The notes under the pieces: generated by a model
The model's input: only the letters and a program-made list of their open reading frames with translations
Told to the model about the DNA's origin: nothing
The model's database searches: none
NCBI GenBank assembly: GCA_030264375.1
Contig: JASCQW010000043.1
Location: 125,606,407 to 125,670,406, forward strand
Length of the DNA: 64,000 bases
DNA from: Carcharhinus longimanus
Taxonomy: Eukaryota
Direction of reading: 5' to 3'
Translations under genes and position numbers: made by a program
Shown: positions 12,030 to 23,405 of the stretch, in pieces
How the letters are laid out: each line of letters begins with the position of its first letter
How positions within the stretch are numbered: position 1 is the first letter of the stretch

Positions 12030-13830
12030 ACCATACTTTTGCACTCTCCCTGTACATCTCTTTCAAAGTCTAGAAATCTATCTATTTTCTTCTTAAATAT
12101 ATTCAGCAACTTGGTCTCCACAACATTCTGTAGTGGAAAATTCCACAGGTTCAATACAGAGTGAAAAAATTTCTCATTACTTCAGTGCTAAATATCCTCC
12201 CCCATATCCTGAGACCTCTTGTTCTAGACCCTCACCCTACCCTGCAGCCAGACAACACAACATCCCTGCATTCAGTCCGTCCAGCCCTAGCAGAATTTTA
12301 TATATTTCACTGAGATCCCTTCGCATTATTCTAAATTCCAGTGAATTCAGGCCCAGTCGACCCATTCTGTCTTCATACAACAATCCTGCCATCCCAGGAA
12401 TCAGTCTGGTGAACCCTCACTACACTCCCTCTTTGGCAAATATTTTCTTTCTTAGATAAGGAGACCAAAACTGCACACAATACTCCATGTGTGGTCTCAC
12501 CAAGGTCCTGTACTGCAGCCAGGCATCCTTGCTCCTGTAATCAAATCTTCTTACAATGAAGGCCAACATTCCATTTGCCTTTTTAACGGCTTGCTGTACC
12601 TGCATGCTTGCTTTCAGTAATTGGTGTACGAGGACACCCAGGTCCCTTTGTAAATCAATACTTCCCAATCTTATCATCATTTAAGTTATACTCTGCCATT
12701 CTGTTTCTCCATCCAAAGTGGATAATTTCACACTTATCCACATTGTACTGTATCTGCCATGTATTTGCCCCTCTCACTCAACTGGTCTAACTCACCTTGA
12801 GGTCTCTTTACATTCTTGTCACCACTCACACTCCTACTGAGTTTTGAGCATTCAGTAAACATGGAAATATTACACTTGATTCCTGCATCTACATCATTGA
12901 CGTATATTGTGAATAGCTGGGGCCTAAGCCCTGAACCATATGAGACCCCACTAGTCACTATCTACCACTTGAACAAATTCTCAAGCCATGCCAATATATT
13001 ACCCCAAATTCTATGCACTTTTATTTTGTACAACAAACTATTATATTGACTTTATCAGAGACCTTCTGAAAATCCAAATACACAACATCTACTGGTTCTC
13101 CCTTCTCCATTCTATTAGTTATATTTTCAAAAGCCTCCTGTGGGTTTCCTTTTCATTAATTCATGTTGTCTTTATCAAATCCCGTCGGTATTTTCTAAGA
13201 TTCCTGGTATTATATTTTTCATTATAGATTCGCATTTTCCCCACTCCTGATGTTATTCTAACCAGGCTGTAATTCTGTGTTGTTTCCTCCCTCCTTTTTT
13301 AAATAGTGGGGTTACATTTCTCACCCTCCAACCTGCTGGTTCCAGAATCCACAAAACTTTAGAAAATGACAACTAAACCATCTGCCGTTTCCATGCCAAC
13401 CATTCTTAGTACTCTGGGATGTGGATGGTCAATCCCTGAGGATTTATTACCTTTCAGTCCTGTTAATTTCTTCAGCACTATTTTTTAGTAAAACTAAATT
13501 CCTTCAATTCCTCTCTCACTGGTTCCCAATATTTCTAGAAAGTTTTGTGTCTTCCTCTGCGAAGACACAACTAAAGTAGCTGTTTAATTGTTCTGCCATT
13601 TTCTTGTTCTCTGGTACAGATTCACCCTTTTGGGGCCATTAGTGACTGAGTTTGTCTCCACTAATCCTTTTCCTTTTATAAGCTTACAAAAGCCGACTTG
13701 TTGCTTGGAAGTTTACTCATGTGCGCCATTTTCTCCTCTTGATCAATCTCCTGGATCTCCTTTGCCACATTTGAAACTGCTCCCAACCCTCTGGATTTTT
13801 CCAGCAACTTTATTCAATTCATCTTAAATG
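12030..13830 (-). mobile_element. CR1 LINE ORF2 (reverse transcriptase) remnant, about 1.8 kb, frameshifted
   Basis: ORFs 12420..12680 (RDLGVLVH...KKANGMLAFI...[16 protein letters not shown]) and 12734..12958 (TSGVSYGSGLRPQLFTIYVND). Confidence 0.9.
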
Positions 13831-14494
13831 ATACCCTGAATCAGCTGATCTTTTTGCCTTGAGTGCCAGTTATCGGTGAATTATATGCAGCTTTGTGTTG
13901 TGGACCTACTCATTCCAGTCAACCATTAGCCATGCATTAGGGCGCACAACAAAATGGAGGCTTAAAACAGCTGGAGGAAATGGCAGCCACTGTGTCACCA
14001 CCACTTGATCAGGTCCTCGGTCTCCAGGAGATACCCAGGAGCCCATGTCAGGCCTCTCTGCCTCGGGATGATCTTACTTTTGCCCATTTGAACCTTGAAC
14101 ACGCGGATTGCTGGTTATTTCTATGACATCCCTCCGTGCGCTCGCCCCGCTGAGGTAATCACCCGCAGTCACTGCGGGAATCCCACACATCAGCACTGAA
14201 ATTCCACTACCTTCAAACAACACCTGCTAAACACTTCACAAACAGCCTTAATTGGGGGATTCTGTCCACGCACACAAACCGGCTCTGTAAAAAGTGGGAG
14301 AAAGCTGGGACACATCTACATTCCTGTCCAGTGTAATTTTTTCCAGATTTTTCCTAACTTGGTAAAACTCCTGCTGATAGCACTTCCCATCTCCCTGGAT
14401 GCCACCAGACCTGCTGAATGTTTCGAGCATTTTCTGCTTTTATTTCCAATATGCAGATTTTACCTGGATTCACGCAAATCATTTTATGAATGTA

Positions 14495-14905
14495 TGAATT
14501 CAGAGGAGGAGGCAGTTCCTCAGCCCCTCGACCCTGCTCCACTCTTCAACAAGATCATGGCTGATTTGATTGGAATCTCAAACTCCATATTCTCCCTACC
14601 CCCAATAACCTTTCACCCCCATAGTTCATCTAGAATCTAGCTCAGCTTCAAACACATTCCAAGACTCTGCTTCCAGTGAGGGAGAAAGTTGCAGAGACTC
14701 TCAACCCTCAGTGAAAAAAAATTCTTCTCATCTCAATTTAAAAATAAGGGGTTGCTCATTTGATGCAGTGACCCCTAGTTCCAGATTCTCCGACAAGGGG
14801 AGACATCCTCTCCACATCCACCCTGTCAATACCTCTCAGGGTCTTAGCTCCTACTCCTCAAGTGGATGCAAATCCAACCCATCCAACATTTCCTCAGAAG
14901 ACAAC
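14495..14905 (-). mobile_element. CR1 3' end, preceded by a Penelope-type half element (about 14370-14455)
   Basis: cagcccctcgaccctgctccactcttcaacaagatcatggctgat; upstream gatgccaccagacctgctgaatgtttcgagcattttctg. Confidence 0.7.
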
Positions 14906-15071
14906 CAAGTTCTAAGCTGCTTCCCAGGAACAACTATCAGACAGCAACACAACGAGCTAAAATAACCACAAGTTTCATCAAAAAGACAGCTCAGAGGGAT
15001 CATCTACTAGGAGATGACATGAAGAGCCACATGATGGACAAGTGTATACAAGGAAGGAATACTTCAGCCAG

Positions 15072-15425
15072 TAGGTGATAGCCTAGTGGTATTGTCGCTA
15101 GACTATTAATCCAGAATCTCAGCTCATGGTCTGGAAATTCTTTTCAAAATCCTGCCATGGCAGATGGTGAATTCAATTTAAAAAAATCTGGAAATAAGAA
15201 TCTACTGATGACCATGAAACCATTGTCAATTGTCGGAAAAACCCATCCGATTCACTGATATTCTTTAGGGAAGGAAATCTGCCATCCTTACCCGGTTTGG
15301 CCTACATGTGACTCCAGAGCCACAACAATATGGTTGACTTTCAACTGCCCTCCAAGCACAATTCGGGATGGGCAATAAATACTGGCCCAACCAGCAATGG
15401 CCATGTCCCATGAAGGAATTAAAAG
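15072..15425 (+). mobile_element. Full-length tRNA-derived SINE with Meta-like central domain
   Basis: Head gatagcctagtggtattgtcgctagact, core gaccatgaaaccattgtcaattgtcggaaaaacccat...ctttagggaaggaaatctgcc, tail ggatgggcaataaat. Confidence 0.8.
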
Positions 15426-15685
15426 GAATAGAAAATTGTATAACACAAGATCAAGAAGATTGAGTGAGTATATTGAGCAAGTAATGGGACCAGTCAGTTG
15501 TTGATGATGAGAACTAGCTAATTCTAGATCACCAATGACTGCAGTTCCCTAACAATTATTTTCTTCTGCATTTGGTTGGAATATTTTGCAATCTTTCCAC
15601 ATTCTGCAGGAACAGAAGGGCTAACACAAGAGATGTCATCTTATTGATATCAATACATATATTGTCTTAAATATCAAACAGATAC

Positions 15686-15935
15686 TGAGTGGGAATCAAG
15701 GCAGAGCCTGTCGTCACTGTCCCAGCACAAGTGGAGGGGGTGGAGATTTGGAATCTCTGCCTGCACTGCCAGTTTCTGCTCACTTTCCACTACAAATATG
15801 ACCGATAAGATTGGACGTGGAACCTCCAGGGTGAGAGAATCCCCATGAGGTGTGGGAACCGCGATATATTTCCTCTGCCAGATCCTTAAGATGAAGTCAA
15901 GTGTTCCAACTGTCATCTCGTCTCAGATTATCCAA
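15686..15935 (-). other. Candidate exon containing a 77-codon ATG frame (MTVGTLDFILRIWQRK...)
   Basis: Strong acceptor ctctgctccttttttcttag|, ATG at 15916, weak donor TCA|gtatct. Product not recognised. Confidence 0.3.
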
Positions 15936-16228
15936 CTAAGAAAAAAGGAGCAGAGATCAAACTCGGACACTGCTGTTTTGTGAAACTCAATTACTTGTTC
16001 AACCATCAAAAGAATTTTAATTTTTGTTACAAGGCCGACAGGATCCCTGTTTTGACTCAGGTCTTTAAAGATGAGATTCCCTTTGGTAACGCACAGGCCT
16101 GCTGGGGTCTGTCAGCTTCAATATGTAAAGTAAGACAAAAAAGTGTTTTACCAATTCCAATTGGTGAGTGAAGTGGCTTCGTGTGAAATTCACGAACATA
16201 CAAAAACATTAAAACTAAATTAACAAAC

Positions 16229-16470
16229 CTGCTTGATACTGCCCGAGAGAGAGAGAGTAAGGAGGGGACCGGGAGGTGGGGGCGTGGGAGGGGGCTGGAG
16301 GTGGGCAGTGAGGGGGACTGGCAGGTGGGCAGCCCCGCTGAGCACACAGTATAAGGATTCGTTGCACTTCCTGGGAACGAGTGAGTGAGAGGGGAAGAGG
16401 AAATCAGGAGGTGAATCACATTTCCCAGCTAGCAGAGATTGGCAACAGCAGCTCCCTCGGAGAGTCACCA
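16229..16470 (-). promoter_or_regulatory. Candidate promoter and non-coding first exon
   Basis: Local G/C-rich segment with GC-box-like gggggcgtgg and ETS-like cacttcctg, ending in donor CAG|gtttgt (16228), about 290 bp upstream of the 15935 acceptor. Confidence 0.4.
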
Positions 16471-17045
16471 GCAGACATGATTATTAATCCACATAAAACA
16501 CAAGGTTTCAGTGAGTCCAGTGTTCCAGGATTCTGACCCAGTGACAGTGAAGGAATGGCAATATCCTTCCAAGTTTAGGATAGTGAGATTTGGAGGGAGA
16601 TTTGCAGGTGGCAGTGTTTCCATGTATCTGCTGCTCTTGTCCTTTAAAGTGGTAAATGTCACAGGTTGGAAGGTGCTGTTGAAGGAGCGTTGGTGAGTTG
16701 CATCTTGTAGATGAGTACACACTGCTGCCACTATGCATCAGGAGTGAATGTTTGTGGATGTGGTGCCAATCAAGTGGGCTGCTTGGTGGTGTCGAGTTTC
16801 TTGGGCATTGTTGGAGCTGCACCCATCCAGGCAAGTGGAGAGCATTCCATCACATTCCTGACTTGTGCCTTGTTGATGATGGACAGGTACAGTTGAGTTA
16901 CTGTCTGCAGAATTCCAAGTATGTGACTTGTTCTCGTCTGGCCAGTTCAGTTTGGTGTTGGTCGATGGATTTTGATAGTGGGGGATTCAGTGATGATAAT
17001 GCATTGAATGTAATGGGGAAGATGGTTCGATTGTCTCTCATTGGA

Positions 17046-17597
17046 CACAAGAACACAAAGTAGAACTGGAGTGACCACCAGACCCTTCAAGCCTGCTCCG
17101 CCATTCAATGTGATCTAACCCTGCCTCAGTTCCTTTCCAGTGCCATTTCCCCGTACCCCTCTATTCCTCGATCTATCAAATATTTATCCACCTCCATTTT
17201 AAATACTTCTAATGATCCAGCCTCCACCACCCTTTGGAACGGAGAATTCCAGAGATTCACCACCGTCTGTGAGAAGGAATTTCTCCGCACCTCAGTTTTA
17301 AATGACTGGCCCTTTATCTTGTAGCTNNNNNNNNNNNNNNNNNNNNNNNNNNNNNNNNNNNNNNNNNNNNTGTCAAGCCCCCTCAGGATCTTATATGCTT
17401 GAATAAGATCATCCCTCACTCTAAACTCCAAGGAATACCAGGCCCAGACTAGTCTTTCTTGATAAGACAATCCTCTGATCCCAGGAATTAGCCTGGTGAA
17501 TCTCCTTTGGACTGCCTCCAATGTTACTGTGTCCTATTTAAGTTAAGTGGACCAAACCAGTGTTCCAGGTGAGGACTCATTAACACCCTGTACAACT
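17046..17597 (-). mobile_element. CR1 3' end nested in the older LINE
   Basis: ORF 17126..17521 EAVQRRFTRLIPG...RRNSFSQTVVNLWNSP is the CR1 ORF2 C-terminus. Confidence 0.85.
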
Positions 17598-17764
17598 GGT
17601 CATTGCCTAACAAACTGGTGCCAATTTTACTTGCCAGTCATCAGCCCACGTCTGAATATTGTCTCGGTCTCACTGCATTTGGACACGAACCACTTCAGTG
17701 TCTGAGAAGTTCCAAATAGAACTGAACATATCAGTGAACATCCCACTCCTGACCTTATCATGGA

Positions 17765-17974
17765 TGGGTGATGGGCTCCTGGAACTCGCTGCCAGGGGAG
17801 GCAGTGGAAGCAGATACTGCAGAGAGTTTTAAGGGATGTCTAGACAAATACATGAATAGGATGGGAATGGAGGGGTATGGTCCCCGGAAGGGTAGGGGAT
17901 TTTAGTTCAGTTGGGGCAGCATGTTGGGTGCAGGCTCGGAGGGCCTGTTCCTGTGCTGTAATTTTCTTTGTTCT
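17765..17974 (+). mobile_element. Short CR1 3' end nested in the older LINE
   Basis: tggaactcgctgccaggggaggcagtggaagcag...cctgttcctgtgctgt; flanked by tgga at 17761-17764 and 17975-17978. Confidence 0.75.
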
Positions 17975-19362
17975 TGGAAGGTCTGGTCATTGATGAAGCA
18001 GCTGTAGATGGTTGTGTCTCGGGCACTACCCTGAGGAACGCCTGCAGTGATGCCCTGGAGCTGAGATGATTGACTTCCAAACACCACATCCATCTTCCAG
18101 TGGAACTTTTCCACTTGATTCTCACCAACACCAATTTTGCTCCAACTCCTTGATGCTCTATTCGATGAAATGCTGTCTTGATGTCAAGGGCAATCACAAT
18201 TACCTTGAGTTCAGCTCTTTTGTCCATGTTTGGAAACGGATCAGGAGCTGAGCGACCCTGGAAGATCCCAAACTGGGCCTTAGTGAGCAGATTATTGCTA
18301 AGTGCTGTTTGATGGCACTGTTGACAACCAAGTTCCATCACTTTGCTGATGATTGAGAGGAGACTGACTGAGAAATGCACCAAATTTAACTTCATTTGTG
18401 GATGGGATAGACTGGATAATATTCCACATCAGATAGATTTTGTAGCTTTACTCAAATAACTTGAGAAGCGACACAGCTAGTCCTGGAACACAAGTCTTCA
18501 GTACTATTGCCAAGTTATCACCAGAGCCCGGAGCCCTGCAGCATCCAGTGCTTTCAGCCATTTCTGGATATCATGTGGAGTGAATCAAATTAGCGAAAGA
18601 CTGTTACCCGTGATGCTGGGGCATCGGAGGGCGGAGGGCAGCTAGGATCATTCACTCGGCATTTCTGGTGAAGATAATTGCAAAGACTTCAGCCTTATCT
18701 TTTGTACTGATGTGTTGGATTGCCCATTTGATGGGGCATTTTTGTGGAGCCTCCTTCTCCAGTTAGTTGTTTAATTGCTCACCACCATTCACAACTGGAC
18801 GTGCTAGAACTGCAGAGCTTTGGCTGATCCATCTGTTCTGGGACTGCTTTGCACTCTTATACGCTGCTTCCAGTGTCTGGCACACAAGTGGTCCAGTGTT
18901 GTAGGCTGACGTCTAATTTTTAGGTATGGATGGCACTGCCCCTGGTATGCCCTCCTGCACTCTTCATTGGCTTGGAGGGAGAGTGAGGGATGACGGCCAT
19001 GAGATTACAGACTGTGGTGGATGAAACCTTTTGGGTGATGATGATGGTCCAATCACTGCATGTTCCAGATTCTCCTACTTCACTCTCATTCCATCGACAC
19101 TTCCCTCATTCCTTTCTCCCTCACGTCTATCCAGCTTCCCCGCAAACGCATTGAAGTTCTGGGCTTGAGGATTGCACGTTGTCACCAGTCAGGGAGTAAG
19201 CCACTTTTACGCCCAGAAGACTTACTGAGGAACTCAGCAAAATGATGTCGCATCCAAGCAACAGTAACTCGAATATTTATACAGGCTTCAATTTTTGTAA
19301 AAAACTTGATTGTGGTTCACAATTAAACAGTTACAGATTTCCGGACATGTTTCGCCCCCTAC

Positions 19363-19800
19363 CCTGATTTTACCACATCCTAATGAAAACACGACCAGCT
19401 TGGCTCAAAAACCAGAAGGTTCCAGCTAATGAATCACATACTTTACAGCAGATACAGTAAGTATTACCAGCTGTGACATTCACATTCTGCCAATTGAACT
19501 GTGGCAATCTCGGCAGAACAAGGCTGACACATTTGAAACCAGCTGTACTACAAACCACAAGCAGAAAAGCTTCCAGCTGCCTTGTCAGGGGCTCTTTTGT
19601 CTTTCTGTTTGTCTCTCCACTTGTCCCTCGACTGCTGCACACACACGCAGCCATCTTGTTTTTACANNNNNNNNNNNNNNNNNNNNNNNNNNNNNNNNNN
19701 NNNNNNNNNNNNNNNNNNNNNNNNNNNNNNNNNNNNNNNAAGCACAACTCCTCGTCGCCCCCCCACCGCCCCCGCCCCCCCCCCCAGCCATGTTACAGCC
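19363..19800 (-). promoter_or_regulatory. Candidate promoter and first exon
   Basis: GC boxes (ccccgccccc) at about 19755-19787, YY1-like aacaagatggct on the minus strand at about 19650-19660, possible donors at about 19441 and 19362. Partly hidden by an N gap. Confidence 0.4.
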
Positions 19801-19920
19801 TTGAAAATATATTCCAAAGCCATCTACTCGCCTTGCTTCCTGCTTTGAAGAGTAGGGAGGTTTCCTTCCTCCCAAAAGTTTAGGAGGAAAATTCCATCTT
19901 TTTCCCCTCAAAGAAGCATT

Positions 19921-20012
19921 TTTTGGAGCAGACGGGGAGTTCGGCACTGCAAAGAGTGTGGGGTTTTTTTTGGAGTGGACAGGGAGTTCGGCACTGCAGA
20001 GAGTGTGGGGTT
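19921..20012. repeat. Tandem duplication, 47-bp period
   Basis: ttttggag..gac.gggagttcggcactgca.agagtgtggggtt occurs twice. Confidence 0.9.
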
Positions 20013-20439
20013 ACAAGAAATGTTCCACAAGTGTTAGGCATATTTTCTACTCTCTTGCAAGTACTTTGAACCGCTTTATCGTGCTCAAGTGAAAGAAATT
20101 GCTGCAATCAGGGGTGTGATATTGTATGGTTGAATTTAAACACCTCCTGGAATGTGTTTACGCTGTGCAATCCATTAAGTGAGCATTTAGTGCAGTTAGT
20201 GTTTTTCTATTCCCTGGAGTTCATTAGCACATTCCTTGGGGAAGGTGTTACCACTAACACCTAATGGAATACAAAGGCAGCCATCAGAGAAAGGAGCAGC
20301 ACAAGGTAACATCTGGAATTTGCTTCGATCCACAATCTCACCACACAATCGAGTCCTATTTCCACCCATGTACCACTGTCTGTCTCCAACCCTGCCTCAT
20401 CCTCATCTGTTGCTTCCAAAGTGGAATATTTCAAAGCTC

Positions 20440-21420
20440 TCCCTCTCAGTCTCCCATTTTCCACTCTCAGTCAACTAGAGCTCATTCAGAACTCACTTTC
20501 TAATTCACACTAAATCCCATCAACCCTTGAACTTGGTCAAGTTCCTGGTCTGACAACTCTTCATTTTAAGTTCCTCACCCTCGCTATTAAATCCTTCCTT
20601 AGCTCCATTACCACCACCCCTCCACACAGTACTCCCATTTCATCATTCCCTCATTCATGGCCATGCCTTCACCTGCCCTAGCTCTGGAAATTCCTCCTTA
20701 AACTTTTCCTCCCTTTCAGCAAACTCTTCAATCATTTTTTTAAAAAAAGCTCCTTAAAACATCTCACTCGCCCGAATACTTGTTGATGTGTTTCAGTGTT
20801 AAACACTCCGTTAAAGGATGAGATCATAGGAAGAGGAGTGGGCCATTCAGCCCTTCAATCCTGCTCCACCATGCAAGAAATCATGGCTGACCATCCAACT
20901 TCAACACTAACTCTGCTTTAAACACTCTCAATGCCTGAGTTTCCACAGTCCTCTGGAGTACAGAATTCCAAACATTCACAACCTTCAATGTTAAGAAATT
21001 TCACCTCATCTTGGTCCTAAGTGGCTCCCCCTTTACTTTAAAATTGTGCCCCCTGGTTCCAGACTCCCCAGTCAAGGGAAACATCTTACCCACATTCTAC
21101 CCTGTCTATTCCTTTATGTATTTTGCACGTTTCATTGAAATCATATCTCGTCCTTTGCAGCTCAAGTGATTACAGTTTTCCCAATCTCTATTCATAAAAC
21201 AGTCCCACCATCCCAAGAACAAGACTAGTAAACCTTGGTTGCAATCCATCTATGGCAATAATATCCTTCCTAAGGTAAGGGGACCAAAATTGCACACAGT
21301 GCTCCTGATACGGTCTAATCAATATAAGTGAAGCAAGACTTTGCTAGTCCTGTATTGAAGTCCTCTTGCAAGAAAGGATGCATCTTAGGTGTTAAGGCAC
21401 TTTGGAAATGAATATTGTTG
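20440..21420 (+). mobile_element. Decayed L2-type 3' end interrupted by CR1
   Basis: gagctcattcagaactc...tttaagttcctcaccctcgctattaaatccttcc resembles 30150-30590; resumes after 21380. Confidence 0.5.
20821..21372 (-). mobile_element. CR1 3' end with apparent 8-bp target-site duplication
   Basis: ggccattcagcccttcaatcctgctccacc...gggaccaaaattgcacacagt; aaaggatg at 20813-20820 and 21373-21380. Confidence 0.85.
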
Positions 21421-21764
21421 TCGCATAGGAGTATAAGCTTATATGTTAACATACTGCAATGATATACTATACAGCATGATATTACAGTTGTGAATAGTCT
21501 GGTTGTTACAGACAGCAGGTGACAGAATCCAGGGGAGGGTCATCAAACTCGCAGAAACTCTCAGAGCCAGTTTCACACACAGCAAGTTGAAGATCATGCC
21601 CATTGTCTCGAAAGCATTAACCCATCTGAAGGGTTAATTCAAAACAAGCGCTGGAACAAACCTGCTTGTTTTACGCACGGGTTTCACTTAGCAAGATACA
21701 AAGTGCTGATTTCTGGAGGCTTCTTTCTGACGCTGTTTCCCACCCTGTTCTGTAACATCAGAGC

Positions 21765-22270
21765 ACTGAGAGAAGTTTTGGGCCCTGTATCTAAGGATGG
21801 ATGTGCTGGCCTCAGAAATGGTCCAGTTGAGGTTCAGGAGAATGATCCCTGGAATGAAGAACTTGTCTTATGAGGATCGGTTGAGGACTCTGGGTCTGCA
21901 CTCACTGCAGTTTAGAAGGATGAGGGGGAATCTTATTCAAACTTAGAGGATACTGTGAGGCTTGGATAGAGTGGATGTGGAGAGGATGTTTCCACTAGTA
22001 GGAAAACTAGAACCAGAGGCCACAACCTCAGGCTAAAGGGACGATCCTTTAAAACAGAGAGGAGGAGGAATTTTGTCAGCCAGGAAGTTGTAAATTTGTG
22101 GAGGCCAGGCCATTGAGTGTCTTTCAGACAGAGACAGAAAGGTTCTTGATTAATAAGGGGATCAGGGGTTATAGGGAAAAAGGCAGGAGAATAGGAATGA
22201 GAAAAATATCAGCCATGATGGGAGCAGACTCGATGGGCCGAGTGGCCTAACTCTGCTCCTATGTTTTATG
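21765..22270 (+). mobile_element. CR1 3' end
   Basis: agaatgatccctggaatgaag...gagcagactcgatgggccgagtggcctaactctgctcctatgttttatggtctta. Confidence 0.85.
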
Positions 22271-22329
22271 GTCTTACCAGCCATCATCAGTAAAATAATA
22301 AAACGAGGAAACCTCTTTAGATTCATAAA

Positions 22330-22515
22330 ATCAAATTACTGCGAATGCTGGAATCTGAAACCAAAAAAGAAAATGCTGGAAAATCTTAGGAGATCTGGCA
22401 GCATCTGCAAGGAGGGAAAAGTGCTGATGTTTCCAGTCCAAATGACCCTTTGTCTTACAGATACTGCCACACCTGCTAAGATTTTCCAGCACTTTCTCTT
22501 TTGGTCTTTAGATTC
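22330..22515. mobile_element. Penelope-type inverted-repeat element with truncated hammerhead motif
   Basis: Arms gctggaaaatcttaggagatctggcagcatctg and cagatactgccacacctgctaagattttccagc; minus strand GACAA-A-GGGTC-ATTTG-GACTG-GAAA. Confidence 0.7.
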
Positions 22516-22754
22516 ATGCCAGGCTAACTTTGCCCCAATTAACAAAAGAAAGAAGCCATATCTACATATCTGTAGGAGATTAGAGATCTCAAAAGTTCCA
22601 CATTCCTCGGGTTGGAAACCCGAATATTAAGCTTATTATCTCGAATCCCCTGTTGAGGTGATAGAGTGACCATTCCATGCACCCCTGGGGTGAGTTTGCC
22701 CCTGGTGTAACACCTCTTTCATTGTTCTGTTCATACTAACAGCTTCACCTCTTG

Positions 22755-22840
22755 CAGCCGGGAATCGAACCCGGGTCCCTGGCGCTGTGTGGCAGCAGCA
22801 CTAATCACTGTGCCACCGTGCCAGTCCTTGGCACTATGTG
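22755..22840 (-). mobile_element. HE1-type SINE head fragment
   Basis: gccgggaatcgaacccgggtccctggcgctgtg...cactgtgccaccgtgcc. Confidence 0.8.
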
Positions 22841-22899
22841 GACACCTTTAGCTAATTCAAGAAGCAGCTAGCTCCTCTTCCAATGGCATTCCATTTATT

Positions 22900-23019
22900 G
22901 AGGAAGGCTGTGCACAAAGTGGCTGCTGTGTTTTCCTACATTACAAACAGTGACTTCATTTCAAAATATTCCATTTGTTATAAAGCACTTTGGAACAGTC
23001 AAGGACGTGAAAGATGCTT
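22900..23019 (+). mobile_element. DeuSINE 3' end
   Basis: gctgtgcacaaagtggctgctgtgttttcctacattacaaacagtgact...aaagcactttgg. Confidence 0.65.
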
Positions 23020-23405
23020 CACAGTGATTAGAACTGCTGCCTCACAGTGCCAGGGCCTGGCATGGTGGCACAGTGGTTAACACTGCTGCCTCACAGCACC
23101 AGGGACTGGCATGGTGGCACAGTGATTAGCAATGCTGCCTCACAGGGCCAGGGACCAGGTTCGATTCCCGGCTTAGGTCATTGTTTGTGTGGAGTTTGCA
23201 CATTCTCCCAGTGTCTGCGTGAGTTTCCTCCGGGTGCTCCCGTTCTCACAGTCCAAAGATGTGCCGGTTAGGTGCATTGGCCATGCTAAATTCTCCCTCA
23301 GTGTACCCAAACAAGTGCCAGAGTGTGGCGATGAGGGGATTTTTGCAGTAACCTCATTGCAGTATTAACGCAAGCCTGTTTGTGACACTAATAAATAAAC
23401 ATTAA
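23020..23405 (+). mobile_element. V-SINE with triplicated 5' head and a non-CR1 3' tail
   Basis: Three 49-bp-period copies of the A-box head, one B box, V-domain, then tail gcagtaacctcattgcagtattaacgcaagcctgtttgtgacactaataaa. Confidence 0.8.

Larger units (their letters stand above)
16530..19030 (-). mobile_element. Non-LTR retrotransposon (CR1/L2 group) RT remnant, split by two CR1 insertions
   Basis: ORFs 17907..18395 (LLSIISKVME...AQFG...ALDIKTAF) and 17902..18114 (ITAGVPQGS); same family as 8795-9425. Confidence 0.8.

Noticed and set aside
12420-12958. RT-like ORFs here and at 36281, 51732 and 56442 as active genes
   Set aside because: They are fragmented, frameshifted CR1 remnants with no full-length ORF2.
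14162-14178. cccgcagt-c-actgcggg perfect palindrome as a terminator or miRNA
   Set aside because: The arms are only 8 bp with no extended stem; this is expected occasionally by chance.
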